Shown here one piece after another: positions 36,955-49,499 of a stretch of DNA of 64,000 nucleotides; within the stretch, counting starts at the first letter, position 1; every line of letters starts with the position of its first letter. The notes under the pieces are model-generated. The model had not been told where the DNA came from. It searched no databases and saw only the letters and a program-made list of their open reading frames with translations. Where the stretch lies: assembly GCF_039654945.1 (NCBI RefSeq), contig NW_027361738.1, forward strand, positions 74,586,001 to 74,650,000, in the 5' to 3' direction. This DNA is from Dendrobates tinctorius. Its lineage: Eukaryota. The position numbers and the translations under genes were made by a program.

Positions 36955-38831
36955 GGCCTCTTACACACATCCGTAGTCGGCAGTCAGCTGAAATCCACTA
37001 AAGGGGGAAAAAACTGATCCGTCGCCGTTCAGCGAAGATCGGATGACAGCGGACTACGGATCCGTGTAAGGAGGAAAGCGACGTGAATTAAAGTGACCGC
37101 GGTCCTTTTAAAGTATCGCCGCGATATCGCAGGATTGCAAGAGTACTTCCATGAACGAGTGCGGGCCTCGATCGCCGCAGGCATCTTTGAGATCGGGCAA
37201 TCTCGCGGTGACCGGCGGCGAGGAGAGATCGGGCAATCTCGCGGTGACCGGCGGCAAGGAGATATCGGGCAATCTCGCGGTGACTGGCGGCGAGGAGAGA
37301 TCGGGCAATCTCGCGGTGACTGGCGGCGAGGAGAGATCGGGCAATCTCGCGGTGACTGGCGGCGAGGAGAGATCGGGCAATCTCGCGGTGACTGGCGGCG
37401 AGGAGAGATCGGGCAATCTCGCGGTGACTGGCGGCGAGGAGAGATCGGGCAATCTCGCGGTGACCGGCGGCGAGATGGGGCAATCTCGCGGTGACCGGCG
37501 GCGAGATGGGGCAATCTCGCGGTGACCGGCGGCGAGATGGGGCAATCTCGCGGTGACCGGCGGCGAGGAGAGATCGGGCAATCTCGCGGTGACTGGCGGC
37601 GAGGAGAAATCGGGCAATCTCGCGGTGACTGGCGGCGAGGAGAGATCGGGCAATCTCGCGGTGACCGGCGGCGAGGAGAGATCGGGCAATCTCGCGGTGA
37701 CCGGCGGCGAGGAGATATCGGGCAATCTCGCGGTGACCGGCGGCGAGGAGATATCGGGCAATCTCGCGGTGACCGGCGGCGAGGAGAGATCGGGCAATCT
37801 CGCGGTGACTGGCGGCGAGGAGAGATCGGGCAATCTCGCGGTGACTGGCGGCGAGGAGAGATCGGGCAATCTCGCGGTGACTGGCGGCGAGGAGAGATCG
37901 GGCAATCTCGCGGTGACTGGCGGCGAGGAGAGATCGGGCAATCTCGCGGTGACTGGCGGCGAGATGGGGCAATCTCGCGGTGACCGGCGGCGAGATGGGG
38001 CAATCTCGCGGTGACCGGCCGCGAGATGGGGCAATCTCGCGGTGACCGGCGGCGAGATGGGGCAATCTCGCGGTGACTGGCGGCGAGGAGAGATCGGGCA
38101 ATCTCGCGGTGACTGGCGGCGAGGAGAGATCGGGCAATCTCGCGGTGACTGGCGGCGAGGAGAGATGGGGCAATCTCGCGGTGACTGGCGGCGAGGAGAG
38201 ATCGGGCAATCTCGCGGTGACATCGGGCAATCTCGCGGTGACCGGCGGCGAGATGGGGCAATCTCGCGGTGACTGGCGACGAGGAGAGATCGGGCAATCT
38301 CGCGGTGACCGGCGGCGAGATGGGGCAATCTCGCGGTGACCGGCGGCGAGATGGGGCAATCTCGCGGTGACCGGCGGCGAGATGGGGCAATCTCGCGGTG
38401 ACCGGCGGCGAGATGGGGCAATCTCGCGGTGACCGGCGGCGAGATGGGGCAATCTCGCGGTGACCGGCGGCGAGATGGGGCAATCTCGCGGTGACCGGCG
38501 GCGAGATGGGGCAATCTCGCGGTGACCGGCGGCGAGATGGGGCAATCTCGTGGTGACCGGCGGCGAGGAGAGATCGGGCAATCTCGCGGTGACTGGAGGT
38601 TAGGAGAGAGACGCAAAAATGCGGATCCGGCTCCCAAAAAAATGTTGCATTGTCCATCCGGTGATGTCAGCAGACGCCAAAATTTTGGCGGATCCGCTGA
38701 AATATGGATGCAACGGACGACCGTCAGTCAAAATCCGCCTCTAATGCAAGTCCAATGGGGACAAAAACGGATCCGCCAAGAAAAATGGCGGATTTTGACT
38801 GATGGTGACAAATGTATGTGTGAAACAGGCC
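36955..38831. mobile_element. Harbinger-like MITE inflated by a minisatellite, nested in the Penelope element
   Basis: Imperfect TIRs GGCCTCTTACACACAT...ATGTGTGAAACAGGCC. Confidence 0.55.
37189..38597. repeat. CpG-rich minisatellite of interspersed 36-bp and 31-bp units
   Basis: GAGATCGGGCAATCTCGCGGTGACYGGCGGCGAGGA (36 bp) and GAGATGGGGCAATCTCGCGGTGACCGGCGGC (31 bp), about 40 copies in total. Confidence 0.95.
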
Positions 38832-39210
38832 ATAGGGGTTAATACCTGTTGCGATAAGTTCAAAACATTTGAAAAGTCCACGTATTTCTGAGCATTTAAA
38901 CGATATTGGTAACATCTCTCATTCTTCTCGCACAATGTCACAGGCTTCTAAACATTTCATACAATGCCATGAGCGCAGCGCTGCATCTTTCCAAGTTTTT
39001 GCAATAGAAAAAATTGTTTCATCAGCAAGAGGAGGTGACATCCGTAAATATCGGCGCGATCGTGAGGCTTTCTGGATATTCGGACACCTGCCATCCTTGT
39101 GGACTTAATCTTCAGAGAGAGCTATTATTTCATTATTGATTCTCTGTTATAATAGCATGTTTGTGTTGTTTTTTTGTTAACCTGTGTTTTCTGGCATCAC
39201 ATGTTTTTAA

Positions 39211-40149
39211 CCTCTTAGTGACAGCCAAATTTTAAAAATCTGACCAGTGTCACTTTATGTGGTAATAACTCTGGGACGCTTCAACAAATTCCAGTGATAT
39301 TGAGATTGGGTTTTTTTTGTGACAAATTATACTTTATGATAATAGTAAATTTAGGTTGATATGTTTTGTGTTTATTTATAAAAAAAATCAGAAATTTGAC
39401 AAAAATGTAAAAAAAATAGCAATTTTCAAACTTTGAATGATTATCCCTTTAATTCAGACAGTCATACCATAGCAAAAGATTAATAAATAATAATTCTCAC
39501 ATGTCTGCTCTACATCAGCACCATTTGTAAAGTTGTACTTTATTTTGTTAGCATTTTAGGGGGTTTAAAAATGTAGCAGCAATTTTTCATATTTTTTTTT
39601 CAAGGAAATTTACAAATTTTTTTTTTTTTTTTTAGGGACCTATCCAGGTTTGAAGTGACTTTAGGGGTCCTATATATTGGGAAACCCCACAAAGTTATAC
39701 CATTTTAAAAACAACACCAAGTCGTGACATACTGAAAACTGCTATCAGACAGTTTATTAACCCTTTAGGTGCTTTTCAGGAATTAATACAAAGTGGCATG
39801 ATAGGAATGAAAAAGTTGATTTTCACCACCTAATTGTCGCGGAGTTTTGAACCTGTAGCCGGGAGACTCTAAGGCCACTATTTGGCTTTGAATTGCCATG
39901 GCAAACATCAGGAGCACACAATCATGATCTCAGGGTGCCAATGGGGATAACGAGGGAGAAGCCACACTCTTTTAAAGCAGCATCTAAGGGGTTAAACAGA
40001 TATGGACGGTGCCAACACTGATCGTGGCTGATGCAGCAAGTTGTCAGCTATGGTGGACAGCCGACAGCTGCTGGATTGTTACTTGTATGGGGATCCTATT
40101 CTCTTATATCTCAGGTCAGTTAAAAGACGTATTGGGGGTCATTAAGGGG
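39211..40149. mobile_element. piggyBac-like non-autonomous element inserted in the Penelope inverted arm
   Basis: TTAA|CCTCTTAGTGAC...GTCATTAAGGGG|TTAA. Confidence 0.7.
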
Positions 40150-41467
40150 TTAATTGTTCAGGTGCACGACAATTGTTATTTTAATTGTGTGATTCATGAC
40201 GGGGAGCGGTTTTCTTACGGAGTATGTATAAATCGTTCTTCTAAATGTCAATGAGAACACACGCAATGTTGTAAACGCGTAGCTGCGTTACCGCTGTGTC
40301 TGCGGGATGCTGATCTTAACTTGAATTTTTTCAATAAATAGCCTTTTTTTTTATCAGTTGGAGTTTTCCTTTTTCTATATTGCTTCCAAGCGGTCTCCTT
40401 GCAGTCCGTGCTGACAACACGCCACAACAGGTGAGCTGGCTTTACTCTGTCATTTTCCAATACCCGTAGCGCCTCCATTTTTCGTGATCTGGGGCTGGGT
40501 GAGGGCTTATTTTTTTGCGGGCCGAGCTGACGTTTTTAATGATACCATTTGGTGTGGATATGATCTTTTGATCGCATTTTAATTCAATGTTTTGTTGACC
40601 AAAAAAAACCCCGTAACGCTGGTGTTTTGCCCTTTTTTTTTCGCTACGCAGTTTACCGATCGGCATAATTCTTTTTATAGCTTGATAGATCGGGTGATTC
40701 TGAATGCAGCAATACTAAATATGTGTATGTTTTATTTTTTTAATTGTTTTATTCTGAATGGGGTGAAAGGGGGGTGATTTGAACTTTTTATATTTTTTTT
40801 ACTTTTTTTTTTTTTTACTTTTCGTTCGCTTCAATAGCCTCAATGGGAGACTAGAAGCTGCAGTTGTCCGATCGGCTCTGCTACATACACGCGATCTGGC
40901 TATGACAACCATAGAGGTCTGCTGGAGGCCTCTGGTTGTCATACTGACCTGCGATCATGCGCCGGTCACACCTAAACAATAGGTCATTTTCTGATCACAT
41001 TCTTTTTACAGTTCTGCTCCGATAATGGGGGCTAATGACCATGTCTTTGAAAGAGAAAACATTGAGTATAGTGTTGCCTCGTTTTTCCTAGGCAGAATTG
41101 TGGCTGCAGTGTATTTATGGTGTTTTAGATCATTACCCAACGAGATGTAATAATGTCACATGTCGGGTGTCTGTCACCGTGCCCGAGTGATACCATCTTA
41201 GTTACACAGCAGACATCTTTCTGTTTCAGCAGCGACTGGAGCGAGCTCCGGTCGCTTATTGTGGCTGTTTAACCATTTAGATGCCGCTGTCACTCGCTGA
41301 AAGGGCTTCTAAATAATTTGGCTATCGGTGTGTGCGCTCTGACTCCTATTAGTTCACTGTGACATGATCACAGGGGCCTGAAGACTTGTAATGGCATCCG
41401 GGGTTCTGCTAAAGGCCCCAATAGCTGCCAAATGAAAAGCTGGGCATATACATTACATGGTTGTTGG

Positions 41468-42102
41468 CAGGGCTGTGGAGTCGGAGTCGGTGCTCATTTT
41501 GGTGGAGTCGGAGTTGGAATAAAATGGACCGACTCCGACTCCTAAAATATATAATAAATTGGGTACAGTAATTCAATGCAGGATGTGCTGAATATTTTTT
41601 CATAGGAGTTTGGGAAAGTTATGAAATGTCCTATAAATGGCTGTTCTATTCCTGATCTAAGGCTACATTCACACACAGCGTTTTCCCTGTGTTTTTTGAG
41701 GATACGTTTTTCAGCTGCAAAAGCAGATCAGCTTTTTAAAAAACTGCATCACCTGAAAGGTTTTTGAGCTCATAGATAATGTTTTCAATAGCAAAAGCAG
41801 ATTAGAAATCTGCTCTATCCATCCATTTATCCATATCTGTCTATCCATATCGTATCTGTACCAAAAAGAATGAAAACCGGGTAGTACACCAATATATATT
41901 CTGTTCTATCTAAATATCTTGATTATGGGATCATAAAAATGATTAAATGTCTGAGGTTCACATTGTACTACAATAAATTTTTCACTTAAATATAAGCAAT
42001 CTGTGTGGGAGTCGTGGAGTCGGAGTTGGAGTCGGTGTAAGGGAAATTGAGGAGTCGGAGTCGTTTGAGTTGCAGGTTTGGCTTACCGACTCCACAGCCC
42101 TG
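41468..42102. mobile_element. hAT-like MITE, near-identical to 31246-31896
   Basis: Same TIRs; perfect 8-bp TSD GTTGTTGG. Confidence 0.88.
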
Positions 42103-42879
42103 GTTGTTGGCTGAAAATTGCCATTTCAGCTGATGCTCCCATAGACGGGAGCGCTCGATCCAAGTATTTAAAGGAAACCTGAGTGTCCCACATACCGGAC
42201 CCACGTCTTTATCCTACTCGTTCTACTACTTTAAACAAGCCCCCTTTTTTTGTTTTCTGCTTAATTTACATATTTTTTAGTTTATTTGGCCAGGGATATA
42301 CGAATCAGTGAGTGACTAGTCAAGGGCGTGGACTAATCATCCTACTAATCATATTATCCCCCACACTGCGCGTGACTAACAAGATTTGCCAAAGTGGCGT
42401 CAGCTCTTTGCAAATCTCTACCTCCTTGACCATCCGCTTATCAAGCACAGGATCTTACTGTATAAAAGGGTGAACATTTCCCGCGTATCAGTTGGTTTCT
42501 TGTCCTTGAGGGGTACCTGTATCTGAAGAATCTGGTGAGAAAAGGAGCGGAAGAATACTGGCCTAGTTGCTGAGAACGGTTCCTTGCTTGCAGCGCCCTT
42601 GTCGGGTCATGGAGGTGCCACCACCGGTCCAGTGGGGGCTTGTGCATGCACAAGTTCTTGATGCTTTTCGTGAGTCTGTTGGCCGCCGTGTCGTCCTGGG
42701 TCTGCTGGGAGTTAAGTCTGACCCAGAGGTGGTAACTTCACTTCTGGGGTCCAGTGGGAGTGTCCATGTGGGAGGAGATGCTGTTGGCTGATCCCTCTCA
42801 TTTTAAGAATGGGGTGTGACCCACAAAGAGCAACCCATGTTTGGTGGGTTAGAGCAGAAGAGGTGTACACTTTCAGTAA

Positions 42880-43060
42880 ATGAAAAAAAAAATCAACCTC
42901 TCTTTAAAAAAGAAAGGTTCACTACCCTCATCTTCAAAAAGAAAGTACACCTTTGAAGAGGAGACAGCCCCATGGGATAAAGTTCCAAAGAAAGATGTAG
43001 CAGGGGCCAAATCTGATCCATGCAAGAGGCCAGAAATTAAGGGTGGCCCTATTTATAAAT
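42880..43060 (+). mobile_element. Possible DIRS gag remnant
   Basis: LPSSSKRKYTFEEETAPWDKVPKKDVAGAK resembles amphibian DIRS gag as I recall it. Confidence 0.35.
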
Positions 43061-43284
43061 TAAAAGTTCAGACACAAAAAAAATGAATGCCATCATAAAG
43101 AGGAGGATGTAAGTATAGTAAGATTTTTTTCCCTTTATTTTGTACACAAATTCTTAAATGTTTCCAATATTGAGTGACTGAATTTGTTCTCTACTTGATT
43201 ATCTTTTCCAGAGCTTTTTTCTCCTGAGTTTGACGGCATCATTTAAGTGGTTAACAGCAGCAGTCAAAGCCTGCAACTGCCATA

Positions 43285-43764
43285 CAGTTGTGCTCAAAAG
43301 TTTGCATACCCCGGCAGAATTTTTACTTTCTTGGCCTTTTACCAGAGAATATTAATAACACCAAATCTTTTTCTCCACTCATGGTTAGTGGATTGGTGAA
43401 GCCATTTATTGTCAAACTACTGTGTTTCTCTTTTTAAATCATAATGACAACCCAAAACATCCAAATGACCCTGATCAAAAGTTAACATACCCTGGTGATT
43501 TTGGCCTGATAACATGCACAGATGTTGGCACAAATGGAGTTGACTGGCTACTAAAGGTAACATCCTCACCTGTGACCTGTTTGCTTGTAACCAGTGTGTG
43601 TGCATAAAAGCTGAGTGAGTTTCTGGGATCCAGACAGACTCTTGCGTCTTTCATCCAGCCACTGACGTTTCTGGATTGTATGTCATGGGGAAAGCAAAAG
43701 AATTGTCAACGGATCTATGGGAAAAGGTATTTGATCTGTATAAAACAGGAAAGGGATACAAAAA
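43285..43764 (+). mobile_element. Tc1 5' fragment
   Basis: TA|CAGTTGTGCTCAAAAGTTTGCATACCC; ATG GGG AAA GCA AAA GAA TTG TCA... (MGKAKELSTDL...GKGYKK). Confidence 0.75.
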
Positions 43765-45059
43765 GCTAGCCCCAAGTATACAGATTGTGCAATGATTGCT
43801 GAAATCGAGAAGCAGAGCCGAATCCTAACAGTATGTATATTGCACGCTGTTAGGCTTAGACGAGCACTGCAGCGGCGTTTCAGAGTAAAACTTACAACGC
43901 TGACGTCCTACACAGTGTCTGATTCATGCTGCATGTGAATCAGACAGCACGAGTTCACAGTATCCATAAGCCATTCCGTGACCCCATGATAACACTTCTG
44001 GACCATCTTATCCATGACTCAGAACATCATTGTTACTAATCAAAAGCTTTTTTTTTTTTCAACCCAGACGTGTTTGGCTTTTGATACCCAAAGAAAAGGC
44101 ACTGCCTTAGCATTCTAAAAGGAAGGGTTGTCATGGGGACACAGTGACAGATCATGATCTAATACATGGTTTGACAGTCTCACGTTATTGGAACATATGG
44201 CAAAGTGACATTTTTTAGGTTTTTTATTTCAAATACGCTTTACTTAAAGCTCTGAAAGGAAGTAATACTTTTGCAGGGGAAGTGCATGAGAAGGCGACAC
44301 TGCGATCACACCATGAATGTTCTTATCGGATTTACTATAACATCACACTAGCTCGCCCGTGTATCTACTCATTCTTCTATCACAAACAACATGATTTTTG
44401 TTTTGCCAATTCTAGAGATCTGGCGATCTTTTCCTCGGACTGACCGTTTCCTGGCGGCAGCGACTGATTTCCGGTATTAAAATGACACAAAATAAAGCTT
44501 TAGAAGCAAAAAAAAAACCAAAAAAACAGGAAGGGGACTAATCTTACAGGCCACCTAGGCAAAAATTGGCCAGAGATCCATTGTACAGTAACTTATTTTT
44601 GGCCCTCTGATAACCACATGGTTTTAGATGCTGCATTCGACGGTGCATTGCCAAATCTGAAAAGTTTATTTCACATGCAGTCCGATCCGTATAGAAAAAA
44701 CAAACTAAAAATACAAAAAAACACGATGGTTTAAAGAAGATCACATGATCTGTCATGTCCTTGAAAAGTTAGATCTTTCCAAGCTTAGAGGAATGTGTGC
44801 TTCCGTATTTTTCTCTCTGTGGGGTAGATTTTTCTCGTTGGTTTTAGTCCTGTAAATAAAAGGATGTGCGCCAGGAGGAGAGGACGACAACGACGCTGTA
44901 TAATGTCTGTGTGGTGGCAAAGCTGCCCAGGCCGCTGCTTCCTTTCCTTCACACCACCTGGCGGCTCCAGCATCTGCTTCACGTTGTGCTTGACTCTCCT
45001 GAAGAGCAGCTCCTGACCCATACGTCGAATGACTGAGGCAGTCTACTATGGCGGAGAGT

Positions 45060-45080
45060 TTACTGTAACACTAGGCCGAC
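45060..45080 (-). CDS. NMT2: NMT2 last coding exon (VGLVLQ*)
   Basis: ttttcag|GTC GGC CTA GTG TTA CAG TAA, the conserved NMT C-terminus. Confidence 0.92.
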   Translation of the reverse strand, partial: VGLVLQ

Positions 45081-45954
45081 CTGAAAAAAAAATAGCAAAA
45101 TACAGAATTCTCAATAGGCAGAATTGGTCTCCTTCCACTTCTGGCAGCTGATATTTTTAAATGGCAATTCACAGCTGTTTTAAAGTAATTATGTTTCTAT
45201 CATTAGGATTTTGTATCATTATTCTGCTTTCATGCATCTCCCATGTTCTGCTGCTAATCTGTGTTCATAAGGCCACTCACTGGACAAAATTGATCTCCTT
45301 TCATCTCTGGCAGCTGATAATGGTCGTGAAAGTCAGTTAGCACTTGTTTTATAGTAATTTACTATATTTGTAGCATAAGGGTTTTGCATCACTATTTTGC
45401 CTTCATGTACCTCCTATGTTCCGCTGCTAATCTGTGCTCCTAGAGCCATATACTTGACAAAACTGGACTCCTGCCATCTCAGACAGCTTGTATGGAAAGG
45501 CTGGTACTAACTTTTATAGTCATCTAATGTTTCTAGCAAAAAAAAAAAAAAAAAAATGTTTTCATTTGCTTTCATATTTTCCCCTAAGCTTCTGGGGCAA
45601 AGATTTGAAGAGAATCAATCCTCTTCCCCCTCTGAAAGCTAACAAGGCCGTTTTGTTACTTCACTCGCAGAATAAGTCTTCTTAGCCACGCGGCTATGCT
45701 ACTTCAGAGACTCTGCTCTTTCCCTAACAAGCAAACAGAAAGCTGCTCTATAGTGTATGCTTCTAGGAAAACAGTCATTTTCTGGGTTCCTTGACCCTGG
45801 AAAGCAAAAAAAAAAAATTGATCTTATTTCCTAAAATTCAGAGGCAAGATGGGGACCGCTAAGGGTATTCTACAGTGCAAAGATCCCACCATACACCTCC
45901 CTGTATCTCAGCTTCCGGGTGAGATGTTCCTGCCCACTGTAGGTATATTCTCAC

Positions 45955-46092
45955 CTTTTCAGACTCCATAGCTGGGCATCTCCAGTTGAACAAGTAGTAT
46001 TGCAGATTGCCATCTCCTATGCCAAACTTTAGTTTTTCCAAGAAAGTTTTGTTTTCCATCAGATCCAGGGCATTGAAAACATCAAACCCTTT
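45955..46092 (-). CDS. NMT2: NMT2 exon (138 bp)
   Basis: [46 protein letters not shown] with AG/GT borders. Confidence 0.96.
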
Positions 46093-47375
46093 CTGCACGA
46101 GAAACCGGAGTAAGTTAAATAATTCGATTTAGAATTCACACAATGCAGTTTTTACCCTTTATTCCACTCTAAGTTTCTACAGCTATAATCAGGACTTATT
46201 CCCCACTAGTAAGAAGTCCTTTTCCTGACCCAAGCTGTGCCTCATAAACCCACAATCCCATATCAGGAATTGATGGCATTCCTGTAAGATCTGTCATCAT
46301 GTAATAATCGCTGGTTTTACGATCTCCGAGAAACCCCCCCCATGAAGAGGTTGCAGCGCTGCGCCCCCTTCAGTCTTAGGATTGGTGGTTGTCCCAGACC
46401 AAGATGTCCGCTACTTGGACAACTTCTTCTCATAGCACTCACTTGAGCCCAATAAAGAAAAAAGCTTATACTCACCTCCTATGCCGGGGCTGTTCCCATC
46501 GTGTCTGTGCGCTTCCCAGGGCTCGCATGCGGTGTTGTGAAACCGGTGCCCAATCATGCTTGGTGTCACTGACCCCTCCTTAGGACAAACTGAACATGAA
46601 GAGGAAGCCACGGACAGGCTAGAGCCTGGACTTCCTCTTCATGTTCGATTTGACTCAAGGCGGAGACATTGACGCCAGCGCTGATTGGGCGCCGGGGTCA
46701 CGAGTCACAACACGGGAGCCTCGAGGAGAGCAACAGCCGACACCGCGGGAACGGCGCCGACACGGCAGACGAGTATAGACTTTATTATTTTAAATATTTT
46801 GATCACAAAGGGATTGCCCTAGTAGTGGACAGCCCCTTTAAGTGAAGACCTAGCAAGAAGCCATCACTTCCTGAAGAATACCCCATCACTTGTTCACAGG
46901 ATACATAGGAACCCATTTGCTACGACCCCCACCAATCAAAAGAACAGGGGTCCCAATGTCCCCTGTTTTAAGAAAGCAGTACTGAGCACTCCTATAGACA
47001 GTGGCTGCACATACTCAACAACCCTTCAATCATACTAAAAAATTTGGGACACCTGGGGTCTGATTAGTGACAGTCCACGTGGACGGCCCCTCAGAGATCA
47101 TAAATCAAACCCCCCCTTTAGAATCCACTGGTAAAATCATAAATTCTCCACGCTGGATTACCACATTTTATAGAAGGGCCGGAGGACTGAATGGGTGGAT
47201 ACATGGCAGCACACTTAGCGCACATTCCCACACAGAAGTCAAATCACAGATTTTCGTGGTGAACGTTGCAAAATTTCGATAAAAATATTTGTAATGTTTT
47301 GTCTCCCGGCAGGAATCAAATGATTAGGGTTTGAAAATAAGCGGACACTGGATTCTCCTTGCAACAATTTATTAA

Positions 47376-48579
47376 CCCCTTAACTCCCGGGAGCTGTTTT
47401 CGTTTTTCGCTCCCATTCTTTCCAGAGCTATAACTTTATGTTTCCGTCAATATGGCCATGTGAGGGCTTGATTTTTGCGGGACGAGTTGTACTTTTGAAT
47501 GACACCATTGGTTTTACCATGTCAGGTACTCGAAAATGGGAAAAAAAATTCCAAGTGCGGTGAAATTGCAAAAAAAAGTTCAATCCCACACTTGTTTGTT
47601 TGGCTTTTTTTTTTTCCTAGGTCCAATAAATGCTAAAACGGACTTGCCAGAATGATTCTCCAGGTCTTTACAAGTTCATAGACACCAGATATGTCTAGGT
47701 TCTCTTTTCTAAGTGGTGAAAAAAAAATCCAAAGTTTGCTAAAAAAAAAAAAAAAAGCGCAATTTTTCAAGACCCGTAGTGTCTCCATTTTTCATGATCC
47801 CGGGTCGGGTGAGGGCTTATTTTCTCCGTGCCGGGCTGACGTTTTTAATGACACCACTTTTGTGCAGATACGTTCTTTTGATCGCCCGTTATTGCATTTT
47901 AATGCAATATCGTGGCGACCAAAAAAGCGTAATTCTGTGGTTTTGAATTTTTTTATCGCTACGCCGTTTAGCGATCGGGTTAATCCTTTTGTTTTTTTGA
48001 TAGATCGGGCGATTCTGAACGCGGCGATACCAAATATGTGCATGTGTGATTTTTTTTTTTTGTTTATTATGATTTGGGTGAAAGGGGGGTGATTTGAACT
48101 TTTAGGGTATTTTTAAACACTTTTTTTTTTTTTTTTTTTTTTTACTCTTGGCATGCTTCAATAGCCATAGGAGGCTAGAAGCATGCCACACTTGATTGGC
48201 TCTGCTACATATGGGCGATGAGCAAATCGCCCATATGTAGCAGATTTACTGCATTGCTATGAGCGCCGACCACCGGGCATCGCATCAAGGCATTGCGTCG
48301 CCGACCCCCGATCACGTGACGGGGGTCGGCGATGCCCTCACTTCCAGCTCGGCAACCAGAAGCGCTAGTTAAATGCCCGCAGTCAGCTTTGACAGCGGGA
48401 TTTAACTAGTTAATAGGCGCGAGCGGATCGCGATTCCGCTCGCGCCTATTGGGGGCACATGTCCGCTGTTTATAACAGCTGACATGTCGCGGCTTTGAGG
48501 TGGGATCACCGCTGGAGCCCACCTCAAAGCAGGGGATACTTACCGATGACGTACTATTCAGTCATCGGTAAGTAAGGGG
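47376..48579. mobile_element. piggyBac-like non-autonomous element in an NMT2 intron
   Basis: TTAA|CCCCTTA...TAAGGGG|TTAA. Confidence 0.75.
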
Positions 48580-48632
48580 TTAAAGAACACATCTTGATAG
48601 GAGGGAAAAAAATTAGTGTAAAATCCACTTAC

Positions 48633-48800
48633 TAATTTGGCGATAATCAGTGCATCGTTCATTAGGTCCAGCAGGGGCGTCTCCGTGTGGACGTTGTAGA
48701 AGGAATAAGCGGCTTTGAGAGTTTTGTGCACCGGATGATGCATGACCGTGGAAGGTAATGTGTAAAAACTGAAGAAGTCCGTCAATACGCCTGTGGAGCT
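48633..48800 (-). CDS. NMT2: NMT2 exon (168 bp)
   Basis: [56 protein letters not shown] with AG/GT borders. Confidence 0.96.
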
Positions 48801-49062
48801 CTGCGAAGAAAGGGGAGCACACAGGGAGGTCAACTGGATATTCCCTAGATGTTTATGGCACATTTCATTACACTGTGCCTTTTTATGGAAATCTGCACAG
48901 GTTCCTATTAGGACACGACATACAAGAGTGATGGTCCCGGGTGTCTTCATACGACGGTAGCGATCAGGTCATGGGGCTACAAGTGGTGAACCCTCTCCCA
49001 TGTCCAGTGCCCAACATCTGACCGTGGCGCCGAGACGATTGACTGACGGAACAGAGACTTAC

Positions 49063-49233
49063 CTCTACCACAAACGTATCAATGATGCTATCCTGAGGGA
49101 AAAACCAATGTGAAATCTCCTCTTCATCCATGACCGGGGCGAGGTGGAACTGACTCAGGTAGCTATTTAATAACTGCTGGACCATCGGGATATCCTTCTT
49201 CTCCATTGGTCTTAGCCCAGCAGTCTTCGTAGC
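49063..49233 (-). CDS. NMT2: NMT2 exon (171 bp)
   Basis: [22 protein letters not shown]...[17 protein letters not shown]; aag| acceptor and gtaagt donor. Confidence 0.95.
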
Positions 49234-49499
49234 CTTATTGATAGGAAGGTTAAAAAAAAAAAAAAAAAAAAATCTAAATTTTTCAACCCCCAGTGCAAAT
49301 TTATTTTTTCGAAAAAATTTACACAAGTAAACTAATGACATAAGAACAATGTAAATAGTTCATCACAACTAATGACTAACTGAACATCTAGCGTGGATTC
49401 TCCAAAATCATCAGTAAATGCTAGTTTCACCAATATTTAGGAATTCCTCATAAGAGCATAACTGCAAATTAAGTATTCTCGCAAGCACGACAAAACACA

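Larger units (their letters stand above)
34242..40448 (-). mobile_element. Penelope-like retroelement (degraded RT + GIY-YIG) with an inverted partial copy of its 3' end and nested insertions
   Basis: 14-bp TSD GTCATTTTCCAATA (34228, 40449); RT remnant RPVISGIGSVTE...SCDVVALYTCIPH (35970-36191); GIY-YIG remnant YVGCT...KRISE...SKHF (34569-34865); inverted copy at about 38880-39200 plus 40150-40385. Confidence 0.85.

Noticed and set aside
37189-38597. CRISPR-like array of ~36-bp repeats
   Set aside because: No unique spacers, no cas genes, and a eukaryotic context
37029-38657. Three ~500-aa ORFs (SR/PR-rich)
   Set aside because: They are translations of a minisatellite that lacks stops on one strand; all three frames are open and no domain is recognisable
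42441-42791. Small ORFs as a novel gene
   Set aside because: No recognisable homology or supporting exon structure
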